From Candidatus Aminicenantes bacterium (GTDB lineage: Bacteria > Acidobacteriota > Aminicenantia > Aminicenantales > JAFGBC01), in assembly GCA_963702005.1 (NCBI GenBank), contig OY969696.1:2368001-2432000 (forward strand): a DNA stretch of 64,000 bases. Direction: 5' to 3'. Shown here one piece after another: positions 63,610-64,000 of the stretch (positions within the stretch are counted from its first letter, which is position 1; the number at the start of each line of letters is the position of its first letter). The position numbers were made by a program, and so were the translations under genes. The notes under the pieces are model-generated. The model worked only from the letters and a program-made list of their open reading frames with translations, was not told the DNA's origin and searched no databases.

Positions 63610-64000
63610 TCAAGCCCCGCTCTTGGGCAGTCTCCGGGCCGTCGAGTCTTCCTCGGCCTCGGCGAGCAGCCGGTAGGCCTTGAGCTTGTTGTAGAGGGTC
63701 GTCCGGGAGACGCCGAGGAGGCCTGCCGTTTTCTTGATGTTGCCCCGGCTCAGCTTGAGGACTTGGCTGATATAGGCCTTCTCGATCTCCTCCAAGGTCT
63801 GGGGGTGGTCGCGGTCGATGAGGGGAAGTCCGGCTTCAACGGCCGGGAGATGGCGGAGGTAGCGAGGGAGATCATCGCCGTCGATGAATTCCTTCTTGCA
63901 GAGAAGGACGGCGCCCTCCATGGCGTTTTCCAGCTCGCGGACGTTGCCGGGCCATTCGTGACGCAGGAGGGTCTTCTGGACCTGAAGGGAGACGCCCTTG
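63610..64000 (-). CDS. sigma-54-dependent transcriptional regulator (partial, C-terminal part)
   Basis: HEWPGNVRELENAME and Fis-type HTH (GNIKKTA.LLGVSRTTLYNKLK); 5' end lies outside the window. Confidence 0.9.
   Translation of the reverse strand, partial: KGVSLQVQKTLLRHEWPGNVRELENAMEGAVLLCKKEFIDGDDLPRYLRHLPAVEAGLPLIDRDHPQTLEEIEKAYISQVLKLSRGNIKKTAGLLGVSRTTLYNKLKAYRLLAEAEEDSTARRLPKSGA

Noticed and set aside
1-64000. CRISPR arrays, rRNA, intact tRNAs, prophage genes
   Set aside because: No regularly spaced direct repeats, rRNA-like tracts, full cloverleafs or phage structural motifs were seen by eye.

Overview
GC-rich bacterial chromosomal window from a diderm organism. The gene content suggests Acidobacteriota, probably Ca. 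Aminicenantes; this is an inference from content such as the YLGQKKPG..PELFAPG/PD40 remnant and the S55 peptidase-propeller pair. Positions 1-5 kb are an accessory hotspot: a B12 radical SAM gene, the 3' half of a tRNA-Lys(CTT) (att-like scar), a complete IS1380-family element with inverted repeats and a 6-bp target duplication, and a stand-alone SIR2-like gene. Positions 7.4-20.5 kb hold an unusual lipid/secondary-metabolite region: a DarB/StlD-like KS III, enoyl-CoA hydratase, Sfp-type PPTase, ACP, FabF, nitroreductase and 3-hydroxyacyl-CoA dehydrogenase, plus a divergent second KS and a coupled amino-acid dehydrogenase/CoA-ligase pair. The rest is mostly housekeeping and envelope genes: rpoZ, polyprenyl synthase, tatD, fabH, efp, RNase Z, rnhC, AlaX, ybaK, MacB-type permeases, Lon-like protease, and ribH-nusB-lysS-lolC/E-lolD-bamA-skp-fabZ-lpxA-lpxI-gnnA-like. 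It also carries an apparently complete bacterial ceramide pathway (Spt, adjacent reductase, bCerS-like GNAT). Other notable points are an EF-P with a PGRW loop coupled to a sugar kinase, an RNase HIII lacking its N-terminal domain but with a clamp-motif-like QNDLF, several probably leaderless genes, and two gene remnants. All calls come from motif recognition by eye; no database searches were run.
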